Shown: positions 39,401 to 49,641 of the stretch, one piece after another
Layout of the letters: every line of letters begins with the position of its first letter
Numbering within the stretch: the first letter of the stretch is position 1
NCBI GenBank assembly: GCA_950097015.1
Contig: CATNEN010000036.1
Location: 59,547-123,546, forward strand
Direction: 5' to 3'
From: Macrostomum hystrix
Lineage: Eukaryota > Animalia > Platyhelminthes
Length of the DNA stretch: 64,000 bases
Notes under the pieces: generated by a model
Database searches by the model: none
Seen by the model: only the letters and a program-made list of their open reading frames with translations
What the model was told of the DNA's origin: nothing
Translations under genes and position numbers: made by a program

Positions 39401-41334
39401 TGGCTGACATCTGGGGCGCGCTTGAAGGCTCCGGACTGGCCGCATTTGACGACATCGACTGTCTGACTGCGTTTGCCGACTATCGCATACCCCAGGCCCT
39501 GGAGTACTTCAATGTACTGCAGTACAGGCCAGAGCTCAAGACTGTACTTGCTGAGCAGCGATTGCTGCCAAATGGCGACCCTATGGAGGTAAGGGGCGAT
39601 CGACACAATGAGTTATTTCCTTACGACTGGTCTACCTGTGCAATGCATCTAGTTCCTGTGCTAGTTCCTGTGCAATGCATCTAGTTCCTGTGCAATGCAT
39701 CTAGTTCCTGTGCAATCCATCTAGTTCCTGTGCAATGCATCTAGTTCCTGTGCAATCCATCTAGTTCCTGTGCAATGCATCTAGTTCCTGTGCAATGCAT
39801 CTAGTTCCTGTGCAATCCTCATCTAGTTCCTCAGCAATGCATCTAGTTCCTCAGCAATGCATCTAGTTCCTCAGCAATCCATCTAGTTCCTGTGCAATCC
39901 ATCTAGTTCCTGTGCAATGCATCTAGTTCCTGTGCAATCCATCTAGTTCCTGTGCAATCCATCTAGTTCCTGTGCAATCCATCTAGTTCCTGTGCAATCC
40001 ATCTAGTTCCTGTGCAATCCATCTAGTTCCTGTGCAATCCATCTAGTTCCTGTGCAATCCATCTAGTTCCTGTGCAATCCATCTAGTTCCTGTGCAATGC
40101 ATCTAGTTCCTGTGCAATGCATCTAGTTCCTGTGCAATGCATCTAGTTCCTGTGCAATGCATCTAGTTCCTGTGCAATGCATCTAGTTCCTCAGCAATCC
40201 ATCTAGTTCCTGTGCTAGTTCCTGTGCAATGCATCTAGTTCCTGTGCAATGCATCTAGTTCCTGTGCAATGCATCTAGTTCCTGTGCAATGCATCTAGTT
40301 CCTGTGCAATGCATCTAGTTCCTGTGCAATGCATCTAGTTCCTGTGCAATCCATCTAGTTTCTGTGCAATCCATCTAGTTCCTGTGCAATCCATCTAGTT
40401 TCTGTGCAATCCATCTAGTTCCTGTGCAATCCATCTAGTTCCTGTGCAATCCATCTAGTTCCTGTGCAATCCATCTAGTTCCTGTGCAATGCATCTAGTT
40501 CCTGTGCAATCCATCTAGTTCCTGTGCAATCCATCTAGTTCCTGTGCAATCCATCTAGTTCCTGTGCAATCCATCTAGTTCCTGTGCAATCCATCTAGTT
40601 CCTGTGCAATCCATCTAGTTCCTGTGCAATCCATCTAGTTCCTGTGCAATCCATCTAGTTCCTGTGCAATCCATCTAGTTCCTGTGCAATCCATCTAGTT
40701 CCTGTGCAATCCATCTAGTTCCTGTGCAATCCATCTAGTTCCTGTGCAATCCATCTAGTTCCTGTGCAATCCATCTAGTTTCTGTGCAATGCATCTAGTT
40801 CCTGTGCAATCCATCTAGTTTCCTGTGCAATGCATCTAGTTTCTGTGCAATGCATCTAGTTCCTGTGCAATCCATCTAGTTCCTGTGCAATGCATCTAGT
40901 TCCTGTGCAATCCATCTAGTTCCTGTGCAATGCATCTAGTTCCTGTGCAATCCATCTAGTTCCTGTGCAATCCATCTAGTTCTGTGCAATGCATCTAGTT
41001 CCTCAGCAATGCATCTAGTTCCTGTGCAATGCATCTAGTTCCTGTGCAATGCATCTAGTTCCTCAGCGATGCATCTAGTTCCTGTGCAATACATCTAGTT
41101 CCTGTGCAATCATTCTAGTTCCTCTTCTCCTTACGGCAGGTGGAGATTCGCGGCGCAACGATTCACGCCGTGGAACTGTTGGCCAATGAGATGCGAGCTC
41201 GCCTGTCGTCAAGCGCCAGCAAGCCGCTAATGAATTCGGTTCTTCTCGACCACTACCTGTGGGACTATAGGCGACAATTTGCCGATAAGATCGATCGCCT
41301 GCCGTTTCATCGCACTCGCTGCATATTTTATTAG
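36421..41334 (+). CDS. QNG1: Queuosine 5'-phosphate N-glycosylase (queuosine salvage protein, C9orf64), 4 exons, 345 aa
   Basis: join(36421..36681,37803..38156,39361..39588,41140..41334), all phase 0 GT-AG. Motifs WVFLADTLNFSFW, GYWSLCAAINRSL, FPCYRD, YKRAQILVADIW, LTAFADYRIPQAL, EVEIRGATI, VLLDHYLWD and FHRTRCIFY. Confidence 0.92.
36706..37780. repeat. 32-bp minisatellite filling QNG1 intron 1
   Basis: Unit GAGTGCTACAGACWCTGTTGGTTGTTATTGGC, about 33 units. Confidence 0.97.
38180..39250. repeat. 21-bp minisatellite filling QNG1 intron 2
   Basis: Unit GATGATGGAATGGGATTGAAG, about 50 units. Confidence 0.97.
39640..41120. repeat. 20-bp minisatellite filling QNG1 intron 3
   Basis: Unit ATCTAGTTCCTGTGCAATSC, about 73 units. 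Confidence 0.97.
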
Positions 41335-41611
41335 GGTTTATCATGTTAGAAAAGCTTTGTATGGACTCTTATATACTACTGAACATGTTTCTATCATTGA
41401 GTAGTATTATGGTGCCAATATTTTCGATAAAAAAATAAAATTTTTAAATTGCTTATTGGGCCTGGTCAAGTTGCAATATTTTTGCCCATTTTTGTTGGTT
41501 TGAGAAAGAAGGAAAAAATTTGAGCCTGTCTGTGTTATTTTTTCTTTTTTTACTTTGCCAAGGCATTTTGAGTACAGCTGGTTGTAAAATGAGTATCAAA
41601 CTTTAGCAGCT

Positions 41612-41695
41612 CAGGGTCGGCAAACTCCGGCCCGCCGGCCAGATGCGGCCCTCGATCTGGGCTCCCAAAACCCGGCCCGTTGACCCCTCTGACAC
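41612..41695 (+). mobile_element. hAT (Charlie-like) terminal remnant
   Basis: CAGGGTCGGCAAACTCCGGCCCGCCGGCCAGATGCGGCCC resembles Charlie-type hAT termini; no convincing TSD found. Confidence 0.55.
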
Positions 41696-41709
41696 CTACA
41701 GTAATCCTG

Positions 41710-42440
41710 TTTCATCTCTCCCCTGTCTCATCATCCGTGTCTCATCTCTCCCGTATCTCAACTCTCCCGTGTCTCATCTCTCCGGTGTCTCATCTCTCCC
41801 GTGTCTCATCTCTCCCGTGTCTCATCTCTCCCGTATCTCAACTCTCCCGTGTCTCATCTCTCCGGTGTCTCATCTCTCGCGTGTCTCATCTCTCCCGTGT
41901 CTCATCTCTCTTGTGTCTCATCTCTCCGGTGTCTCATCTCTCCCGTGTCTCATCTCTCCCGTATCTCAACTCTCCCGTGTCTCATCTCTCCGGTGTCTCA
42001 TCTCTCGCGTGTCTCATCTCTCCCGTGTCTCATCTCTCTTGTGTCTCATCTCTCCCGTGTCTCGTCTCTCTTGTGTCTCATCTCTCCCGTGTCTCATCTC
42101 TCCCGTGTCTCATCTCTCTTGTGTCTCATCTCTCCCGTGTCTCGTCTCTCTTGTGTCTCATCTCTCCGGTGTCTCATCTCTCGCGTGTCTCATCTCTCCC
42201 GTGTCTCATCTCTCTTGTGTCTCATCTCTCCCGTGTCTCGTCTCTCTTGTGTCTCATCTCTCCCGTGTCTTATCTCTCCCGTGTCTCATCTCTCCCGTGT
42301 CTCGTCTCTCTTGTGTCTCATCTCTCCCGTGTCTTATCTCTCCCGTGTCTCATCTCTCCCGTGTCTCATCTCTCTTGTATCTCATATATCCCGTGTCTCT
42401 ATTCCCTAGTGTCTCATCTCGCCTGTTCATCTCTCGCTTA
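41710..42440. repeat. 16-bp minisatellite (TCTCATCTCTCCCGTG)n
   Basis: About 45 units; same unit as part of the lbx intron array. Confidence 0.95.
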
Positions 42441-43200
42441 TCTCACATTTCTGAGATACTTCAAGCAGATGAAATTTTAGGACTGACAGGTTTACTGAAT
42501 GCAAGAGCACTTACGGAAAAGCATACTATCTGAAGTGTTGAATGTTTTGACCTTCTGGAAATGGTGGCGGCTTAATACTTGCTTCACAAGGTGCCCATTC
42601 ACAAGTAGAATAATTAATTTAATTTTCAGGCCCTACTCAAGCCAAAGGAGTAGAAGGACGGGAATTCTTTTTCTGGCCGAAATCTCATTTTTTTATTTCG
42701 CAAATTTACTGCGACTGTGTTTGATTGCAGGCTCATATTTTGTATCATTAATACTTCACGTATAGTCTGAATTCCTACCTCCGCAGTGTATATTTCGTCA
42801 AAAATCTTGCCTCATTTAATCATTTTCTAAGAAACGTAGCTTCCTGTCCTTCCATGCACTCCCCAACTAGTTGTCCCTGGCTCACGCACCTGCGCTGCAG
42901 CGACTGCTTCGCCAGATCGGAAGCGCGAGCCAGTTGCTACAATAGAGACAGCCGTATTTAGGCATTCATGGCGTCATGGCGACCCAATGCTAAGTGCATT
43001 AAGTAGGTGTGCTTTATAATTCATCGGATGAAATCACTCATTCAGCAGCCAATTGTGCGGCCTGGGCCTTTACCTGCTAAGCTGTGAGCTGCAATTACTG
43101 TGAGAGGCGGAGTTTTTAACTGACTGCAAAGGGGCGCGAATTCTAATGCGTGATCTGGGATGAATTAAACTTTGAAATCCTCATCTGGTTGCATCATCAG

Positions 43201-43638
43201 TCAGCCACGGAAGCCGACTCGCTGCTCATCGACTGTCTGCTGGCCACTAGTCACGTGACCAGATGCGCCCTGGTCAGCAAGCGAAACCTGTCCGTTGTGG
43301 CCAATCAGCCGCCGTCGCCCGTCGTCTGGCCGGCTCCGGACGATCTGCGCCGACTGGCTGCCGCGTTTTTGCGAGTCGCCAAGCCGGCAACGCCGGCAAC
43401 GGAACCGAGGCCACGACGGTCGCGCGCGCCGTTGCAGTTCGACGGTCGAAGCTACCTCGTGGCGCGAGGCGACGGTTGGTCGGTCTATGCGACTGCCGCG
43501 GCGGATGGCGGCGGCCTTGTGGCGGTGCGCACGCCGGCTCACCTGCTGCTGGCCACTTATTCGGCCGCCATGTGTCCTGCCGTGTGTGCTGAAGCCTGCG
43601 AAAGGCTTGGCGACTATCTCCGACTAAAGGGCCAGTGA
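43201..43638 (+). CDS. PFN4: Profilin-4-like protein (start codon or first exon unresolved)
   Basis: SLLIDCLLATSHV..., LQFDGRSYLVARGD, LVAVRTPAHLLLATYSAAMCPAVCAEACERLGDYLRLKG closely resemble PFN4. Candidate acceptors at 43200 and 43204; a short first exon near 42987-43002 is possible. Confidence 0.8.
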   Translation, partial: SATEADSLLIDCLLATSHVTRCALVSKRNLSVVANQPPSPVVWPAPDDLRRLAAAFLRVAKPATPATEPRPRRSRAPLQFDGRSYLVARGDGWSVYATAAADGGGLVAVRTPAHLLLATYSAAMCPAVCAEACERLGDYLRLKGQ

Positions 43639-43639
43639 C

Positions 43640-43805
43640 TGACAGGTTGATTGGTAGGCTAGAGAGATTGATTGACAGGTGGATTGGTTGGGTAGAGAGA
43701 TTGATTGACAGGTGTATTAGTAGGTTAGATAGACAATGATTAACAGGTAAATTGTTAGGCAGATTAAGGTAGATTTAGGTAGATTGATAATTAGATTGAC
43801 AAGGT
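43640..43805. repeat. Degenerate GATT/GGTAG-rich repeat immediately after the PFN4 stop
   Basis: Recurring GATTGACAGG...GGTAG motif. Confidence 0.6.
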
Positions 43806-44117
43806 AGATTTGAAGATTGATGCAGATGAAATATACCTTAATTATATTTCTATTTTTATACACATGTTGCGGACAATATGTTAAAGAGAAAAAGTAACTG
43901 CATAAAATATATATTTTAGGAAGTTGGTAAATATTGCACTAGCAAGCTCTCAAAGGCAGTACATGTTATTTGCACAGCCTCAACACAGCTGGTTTCTTGT
44001 CTTTCAATTTCTATCCAACTCTATCCAAGTTGTAGTGCTTAGTCCCTTGTTTAACTTTTTATTGTTTGAGCTTAAAATATCACATCGGAAGCTAAAAATG
44101 GAACAGCACCCGATGCA

Positions 44118-44189
44118 GCCGTGATGGTACAGTGGTTAGTACTTCTCGTTGTGTCCGAGACAACCCAGGTTCGAATCCTGGTCACATAT
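44118..44189 (+). tRNA. tRNA-His(GTG)-like, probably a pseudogene or 3'-truncated copy
   Basis: D stem GTAC/GTAC, anticodon stem TCTCG/CGAGA with loop TTGTGTC, T stem CCAGG/CCTGG with TTCGAAT. Only the inner 4 acceptor pairs form (GCCGTGA versus TCACATA). Confidence 0.75.
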
Positions 44190-44420
44190 GCGGGATTAAA
44201 CATTATGAATGCTTACAATAAGCACGAAATTTCTTGCCCCATATAGCCTTCGTCTTTTTTTCTTGAATGGTTAGTTGTATATGCAGGTTCAGAGATTGAT
44301 AACAAATTATTGTCTATGAGGAAACCGCATATACATCTGCATTGTTATATAAGATAAATTTATGGGCTCAAAGTTAAACAATCTATCATTGTTCAACGTT
44401 AAACAATAATAGATGAACCG

Positions 44421-44675
44421 GTGAAATGAAATGAAAATTTTGCCATAGACAAAGAAGCTAAGAGTGATAGATAAAATGATAGATGAAAACGAGTGAAATC
44501 AAGTGGAATTTAAGCCATAGACAAAGAAGCTAAGAGTGATAGACAAAATGATAGATGAAAACGAGTGAAATGAAGTGGAATTTGAGCCATAGACAAAGAA
44601 GCTAAGAGTGATAGATAAAATGATAGATGAAAACGAGTGAAATGAAGTGGAATTTGAGCCATAGACAAAGAAGCC
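44421..44675. repeat. 72-bp tandem repeat, about 3.5 units
   Basis: CCATAGAC anchors at 44443, 44515, 44587 and 44659. Confidence 0.92.
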
Positions 44676-45176
44676 AATAGGGTAACGGAAGAGAACCTCA
44701 GTTAAAACTGAAGCTCAGAGGGTGGAATCGCTCAAGAATCGCGGATTTCAAAGACTCCGGCTTCTCTCTTAGGAACATAATGTGCGTCACTGGACAACAT
44801 AGTTAATCAACGGTCCGACGCTACTTATCGCGGAAGCGTGAAAACGCTTTTAGGGAGGCGTCGACGTCTATCGGCCAGGCACTGTTCAGGCAAGTCAGCG
44901 GCGAGAGTTTGTGCTAAACGCGTTCAGCAACATTTAGTCACGCTAAAAGAGTTGCAATCCAGCAGCGATGGTGAATCAATTCAGCCTGCTTTGTCAACCT
45001 AGCCTACAACATGCAATGTCACAAGAAAATCAATTGGCGTGAGTGGCTGCGTTAGCTCTATCTTTGCAGATTGCTATTTCGACAATTTCACCTTCAATTT
45101 CTCGAAATGATTGCTTGTATTATCCTGTAACACTTGCAAGTGATCGGACTGAATATTGAAAATGAAATGCTAACAT

Positions 45177-45930
45177 CATAGATACTAAAATAACTATACC
45201 TTTTTGCGTTCTAGTTGGTTATTTTTGCGATCAAGTTGGACAGACTGCTGAGGCTCAGACTGCGCTAAATCGCCTGCAATCGAATGTAGGATTGACCATA
45301 GACAGCCAAGTCTTTTGCGCTCTAGTTGGTCTTTTTTGCGTTCTATTTGGACAAAAATCTCTTCCCTACTCCTGTCCTCTCCGTCTCTTCAGTCATTATG
45401 GGTGAGCGTGGCCCGTATTTGAAAATTAACGCTGTTGATAGACTGAGGCTGATCACTGCCTACGAGGAGGACTCTGATTGGAGGACATTGGCTCAGCAAC
45501 TGGGCATCAAGCGCACAACGGCAAGCAACATCATCCGCGCGTATACGGATTTTGGACGCACGGAGCCTCAGGCAAGAGGGGGTCCAAAAAGGAAGCGTCT
45601 GACTGATGCCATGATTGGATCAATCACAGTGTCACTTATATTCAGAGGTGCCTGGATTGCGCCGACATTTTTGAGTGATTAGCAAGCCGGATATCGTGGA
45701 TTGGTGCAAACCCTTACTGACCCTGACTCTATATCTGCTTAACGTCATTCTTAGTTAATGTTTGATGTTAATGTTTGTTTATTGTCACTGTAACTGTCGC
45801 CATTGCCTCTCTACCTGCCTGATTACAGTTTTTTTCTTTTGTTCCTGATGCCGATTCTATCCTAGCAAAGTCTTGTCCAAATAGAACGCAAAAAGGTATA
45901 CTTATGTTAATAGTTATTTTAGTATCTATG
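45177..45930 (+). mobile_element. Non-autonomous TIR DNA transposon (754 bp), 8-bp TSD, carrying a truncated Tc1/IS630-type HTH ORF
   Basis: TSD GCTAACAT (45169-45176, 45931-45938); perfect 21-bp TIR CATAGATACTAAAATAACTAT; inner IR CCTTTTTGCGTTCTAKTTGG; ORF 45398..45682 MGERGPYLKINAVDRLRLITAYEEDSDWRTLAQQLGIKRTTASNIIRAYTDFGRTEPQARGGPKRKRL. Confidence 0.88.
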
Positions 45931-47138
45931 GCTAACATACAAAACACACTGTAAACAGACACCCCCAGTTTGCAATTGGCATATTTAATAAAAAATTGTC
46001 TACGGCATAAAAGACCGGCGTTGAATAATGCTGCTTGTTCTCCGCTAGTTAATTATAAAATATCTATATAACAATGAAGACATCACAGTAGTAGTCTTTG
46101 AACAAAATGTATTTGCGAGTGACAAAATTTAGATTGTAGAGCTGCTTATCAAAGTCCAGCTGATTTATTAGCATTCAATACTTTATGATCGATTCGCTGG
46201 GATCCAACCAAGAATGACGCAACGCCGGGCCCAGCAGTTTCGAACCCTCGACGCTTTGATCAGAGTGTACTCGCCACCAAGGCGAGTTCGCATCCTCCAC
46301 TGGAATGAGCCGATTGCTGAGCGGCAAGAATCCTGCACCAATGCCTGCAACAATCGGCCTCTGCAGCCAGAGCTGGGGTCTACAGATGAGAGGAACTGCA
46401 GAAATGTCACTGCAGATCGGGCAAGTCGCTTGGAGAGAAAGCGGGTAGAGCAACGGCGCTGGGCTGGCTCGGTGGTCGACGCTCTGTCGGACGTATTCAC
46501 AGCGATCTGGACGAATTTTGTTGAACCAACTGGCGAATTCCGCACTCAGAGCACCTCTGAGCTCCGACCCGGGAGTAGCAGGCCCAGAGGCGATGTCAAG
46601 CTGGTTTCGACCATCTTTTCCTCTGATAGCCTGATGGCTACTAGAGAAAGCTACCGGATTCACTTCCAGCTAATGCAGGAGTTCAAGCTCGATTCTGTGC
46701 TTTCGGTAGTTCATTTATAAGCTTGAACTTCAACTAGAAACTTTCCTTAAAAATGTCTTTATATATTCCTCTCATCTTGTTTAGGATTGGAGAAGCAATT
46801 CCGCGGTGCTGGCGTACATCGATCACATGAGAGCGGACCAGATGATCCGGGTGTGCTGCGAGGGCTTGTTCAAGCGCCTGGGTACGCCGGGGATGAAAAC
46901 GGTGACTGATTTTGTTGACACTCTGTGCCAGATCTGGTTCCAACCGGTTGCCAACAATGAGGACAGACCGCGCTGCGGGTACTACCACGTGTGCGTCGGC
47001 GAGCTCAGAGTCAGATCGGGCAAGATGAGCGGCATGCACAATTGGTTTAAGTTTCTAATTGAAGAGGAGAAGAAGAAACACTAAGATTATAAGTGGTTCT
47101 CCTATGATAAGAACCTGCGTAAGTCAATCGATATATAA

Positions 47139-47495
47139 GGGGGGTCGGTGGCAGAGCAGTTATCGCGTTTGCCTCTCGCACCACGGTCCCTAAGTTCGAT
47201 TTCACGGCGAGGCCGCATTTATTTGGGGCGCAGCCGCGGTGAAAAGGCTTGGGGGCTTGTCGTGCAATTTACGCCCTTGAGGGCCAACCTCCAAAGCAAA
47301 GTTTAAATGTACACTGCCTGACGATGAGAAAGTCAGGGCAGATGTACACACCTGTGTGAGTGTATGCCTGCGTACAGTATCTGTGTGCGTGTGTGCTCAG
47401 GAGTCAGCGAAATGGGCGGAATTGCCTCCTCGCTGGCTGCGGGTCTAGTGTCACTGATGTGCCATTGCCCGCAGCCTTCCTGCAATTATTATAGT
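47139..47495 (+). mobile_element. SINE family A, copy 4 (EndoU intron 2)
   Basis: Most complete copy: head, central hairpin and 3' stem GGCTGCGGG/CCCGCAGCC. Confidence 0.88.
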
Positions 47496-47644
47496 ATATT
47501 TATTATCGATATATTTCGTATATTTACCAGCTAGACGTGTTTATAAGATTTATGAATTCCGCAGAAATAGTTGAACATGTTTTAGCGGAATAAATTGTAA
47601 TTATCTTCGGTTGGTACTGAATGGTTATGTGTGGTTAGTAATGC

Positions 47645-47800
47645 CTGCTTATTGGTTTCTGATTGGTACTGAGTAGTTTCTCATTGGTGCTGAATTGTTT
47701 CTCATTGGTACTGAATTGTTTCTCATTGGTGCTGTATTGTTTCTGATTGGTACTGATTGTTTTCTGATTGGTAGTAAATTGTTTTTCATTGGTACTGAAT
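47645..47800. repeat. Degenerate 21-bp repeat (TTTCTCATTGGTACTGAATTG)
   Basis: About 7 units in EndoU intron 2. Confidence 0.8.
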
Positions 47801-48848
47801 GGTTCGCTGCTGCTTTCGCCAAGTCTCTCGTGCGTCTTTGTTCGTGCTTTGGGGCACTAATGTTACGGATTAGGCTCCGATAGTACCAACCAACATTTTC
47901 AAATTGCAGACTTAGTCAGTATGAGGTTCAACATGAAGCATCCTGAATGGAACACTTGGTTCCAAAAAGAAAAGTCGAGCTTCCTCGTCGGCGTCCCAAT
48001 CGACTTTGAACTGCTGCTGTTTACAGTGATTGCCATGGTGAATCCGAACCACGATACGAGCGTACGGATTAAGGACTACCAGCCATTGGTAGTGGTTCCT
48101 AGGACTATTAAACGTACCGGCGGTCTCGTGACCGCATACTTTCGCGAAAGTCCAAAAGAAATCGACCTTTAATAGCCAAAAATTGTATCCGCTTTCAATT
48201 TTCTTTTCTTGACTTTTTACTTTGGGATTTTGTTGAAAAATATATACACAATGGATATTTCCTCAGCAATGCCTATTGATTTATTAAAGTTTCTCGGAAA
48301 CTGAAATCATGTGTGCTTGTTGTTTTTATCTTCCTTGCATTCTAGAAATTTCTCAGTTTTCGGTAATGTCGTGAGTGCATTCGGCTTAATCGAGCGTACA
48401 AACAGCAAGAGACATGAAAATTCTGATTCCCTAATGGGTCGAATATTGCATTTTAGGCCGCAAAAACTCGGGAAACTAGAAATTTTCGTAAAAACTGTTG
48501 AATTGTCGGCAATATCAGAACCGAAAATAGTTGAATTGTCGAAGATTCTAGAAACCCCTCTTATGGAAAAAAGGTGAAGTGTCTGTTGACATGTCTCTCA
48601 GATTTAAATAATATGCGCAAATATTATGAGTTGCACAAATATATTCTCAAACTTCTATATACCGAGATTTGCAACTGCATTTCTGCCATTTGGAGGGGGT
48701 GGCTATAGCTAGTTGTTTATCTGCTTCTCAACCTCAGCTTCTCAACCTCCATCTGCACAATGAGCGGAGGACCAGTACTTGTGTCATTGCCTCCAATTCA
48801 AAGCTACACTCTGGATGCACTCGCACACTACACACAAGTCTAGCTGCA

Positions 48849-48861
48849 GTTGCCTGGCAAC
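48849..48861. promoter_or_regulatory. Candidate RFX X-box GTTGCCTGGCAAC
   Basis: Palindromic GTTGCC-T-GGCAAC matching the RFX consensus, 148 nt upstream of ATG 49009. Confidence 0.6.
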
Positions 48862-49008
48862 ATGATGCGATGGAGGGCTGCCCGCGCAGCCCGAGACATC
48901 TATGAATTGGCGCGGTCTGAGCTGTACTCACGGGCCAAGTCAGATAGAGAGCAAGAAAACAAGTCGCATTCTGTGAAGGGAAGCAAACTTTTTCTCGAAT
49001 CAGCCATC

Positions 49009-49641
49009 ATGGCGTCATTTCGCGGCCTCGAAGAGCCAGAGAACGTAGGCTACTATGCCGTGATCAGATTTGGTCAGGACATTGCCTACAACTATCATAA
49101 CAGCGTGAAGCGCACCTCCTCCATCATTCAGCGCAGTCACGGCGGTCACGAGTGCGCCTTCCTGCCCGATGTGCAGCGCATTGAAGGCGACGAGAGGCGA
49201 CTGTACGGCTACGGTCTGCTGTTCTTTCCGAGCTGGGACGCGGCCAAGTACTGGTACGAGTGTACTAATGAGGTTCGCCAGCAGGACTGGCTATGGTCGG
49301 CTGACATTGTGATTGTGCCAGCGAGAGGCGCATTCGACAAGGGCATGGCCGTGCTGGAGATCAACGACTGGTCAGCCTTCAGGGACCAGACAGCTTTCGA
49401 GGAGGAATACCTCAGGGAACTCAACGATCCGACCGACGGCCGCTGGAACATTGTGGCCTGTCCAGACTATCTGCAGTACCGCATGCGCAGCAGCTGGAGT
49501 CCTAAGTACTTGGTCATCAACCAGTGGCCGGACGTCGAAACCTGGCGCAAGTACCGCCAGTCCAAGGGCGCCGCGATGCACAGCTTCGCCCAGACGGTTG
49601 CCACTGGCTCTGTGCAGGTCGGCGTTAACCTTAATGTGTGA
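49009..49641 (+). CDS. Intronless protein with two DUF1330-like (dimeric alpha-beta barrel) domains, 210 aa
   Basis: Strong Kozak gccatcATGG. HGGH...VQRIEGD...LLFFPSWDAAKYWY and YLVINQWPDVETWRKY resemble the DUF1330 pattern GG..L...EG...vviEFPs.eaA.awy. In-frame upstream ATGs at 48862/48865 are an alternative start. Confidence 0.7.
   Translation: MASFRGLEEPENVGYYAVIRFGQDIAYNYHNSVKRTSSIIQRSHGGHECAFLPDVQRIEGDERRLYGYGLLFFPSWDAAKYWYECTNEVRQQDWLWSADIVIVPARGAFDKGMAVLEINDWSAFRDQTAFEEEYLRELNDPTDGRWNIVACPDYLQYRMRSSWSPKYLVINQWPDVETWRKYRQSKGAAMHSFAQTVATGSVQVGVNLNV

Larger units (their letters stand above)
46214..48172 (+). pseudogene. ENDOU: EndoU/XendoU-like endoribonuclease with one in-frame stop
   Basis: join(46214..46705,46785..47118,47910..48172), phases 0 and 1 consistent. 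Motifs QIWF, CGYYHVCVGE, SGMHNW, KEKSSFLVGVPIDFELLLFT. TAA at 47082-47084 interrupts EEEKKKH*DYK. Confidence 0.8.

Noticed and set aside
36707-42533. Long repetitive ORFs (VVIGECYR, SSFNPIP, SLPCLIS repeats)
   Set aside because: They translate intronic or intergenic minisatellites of and near QNG1.
47310-47350. CTGACGA...GAAA in SINE A as a hammerhead ribozyme core
   Set aside because: CTGAC pairs with the downstream GTCAG in a simple hairpin, and stems I-III cannot be built around the core.
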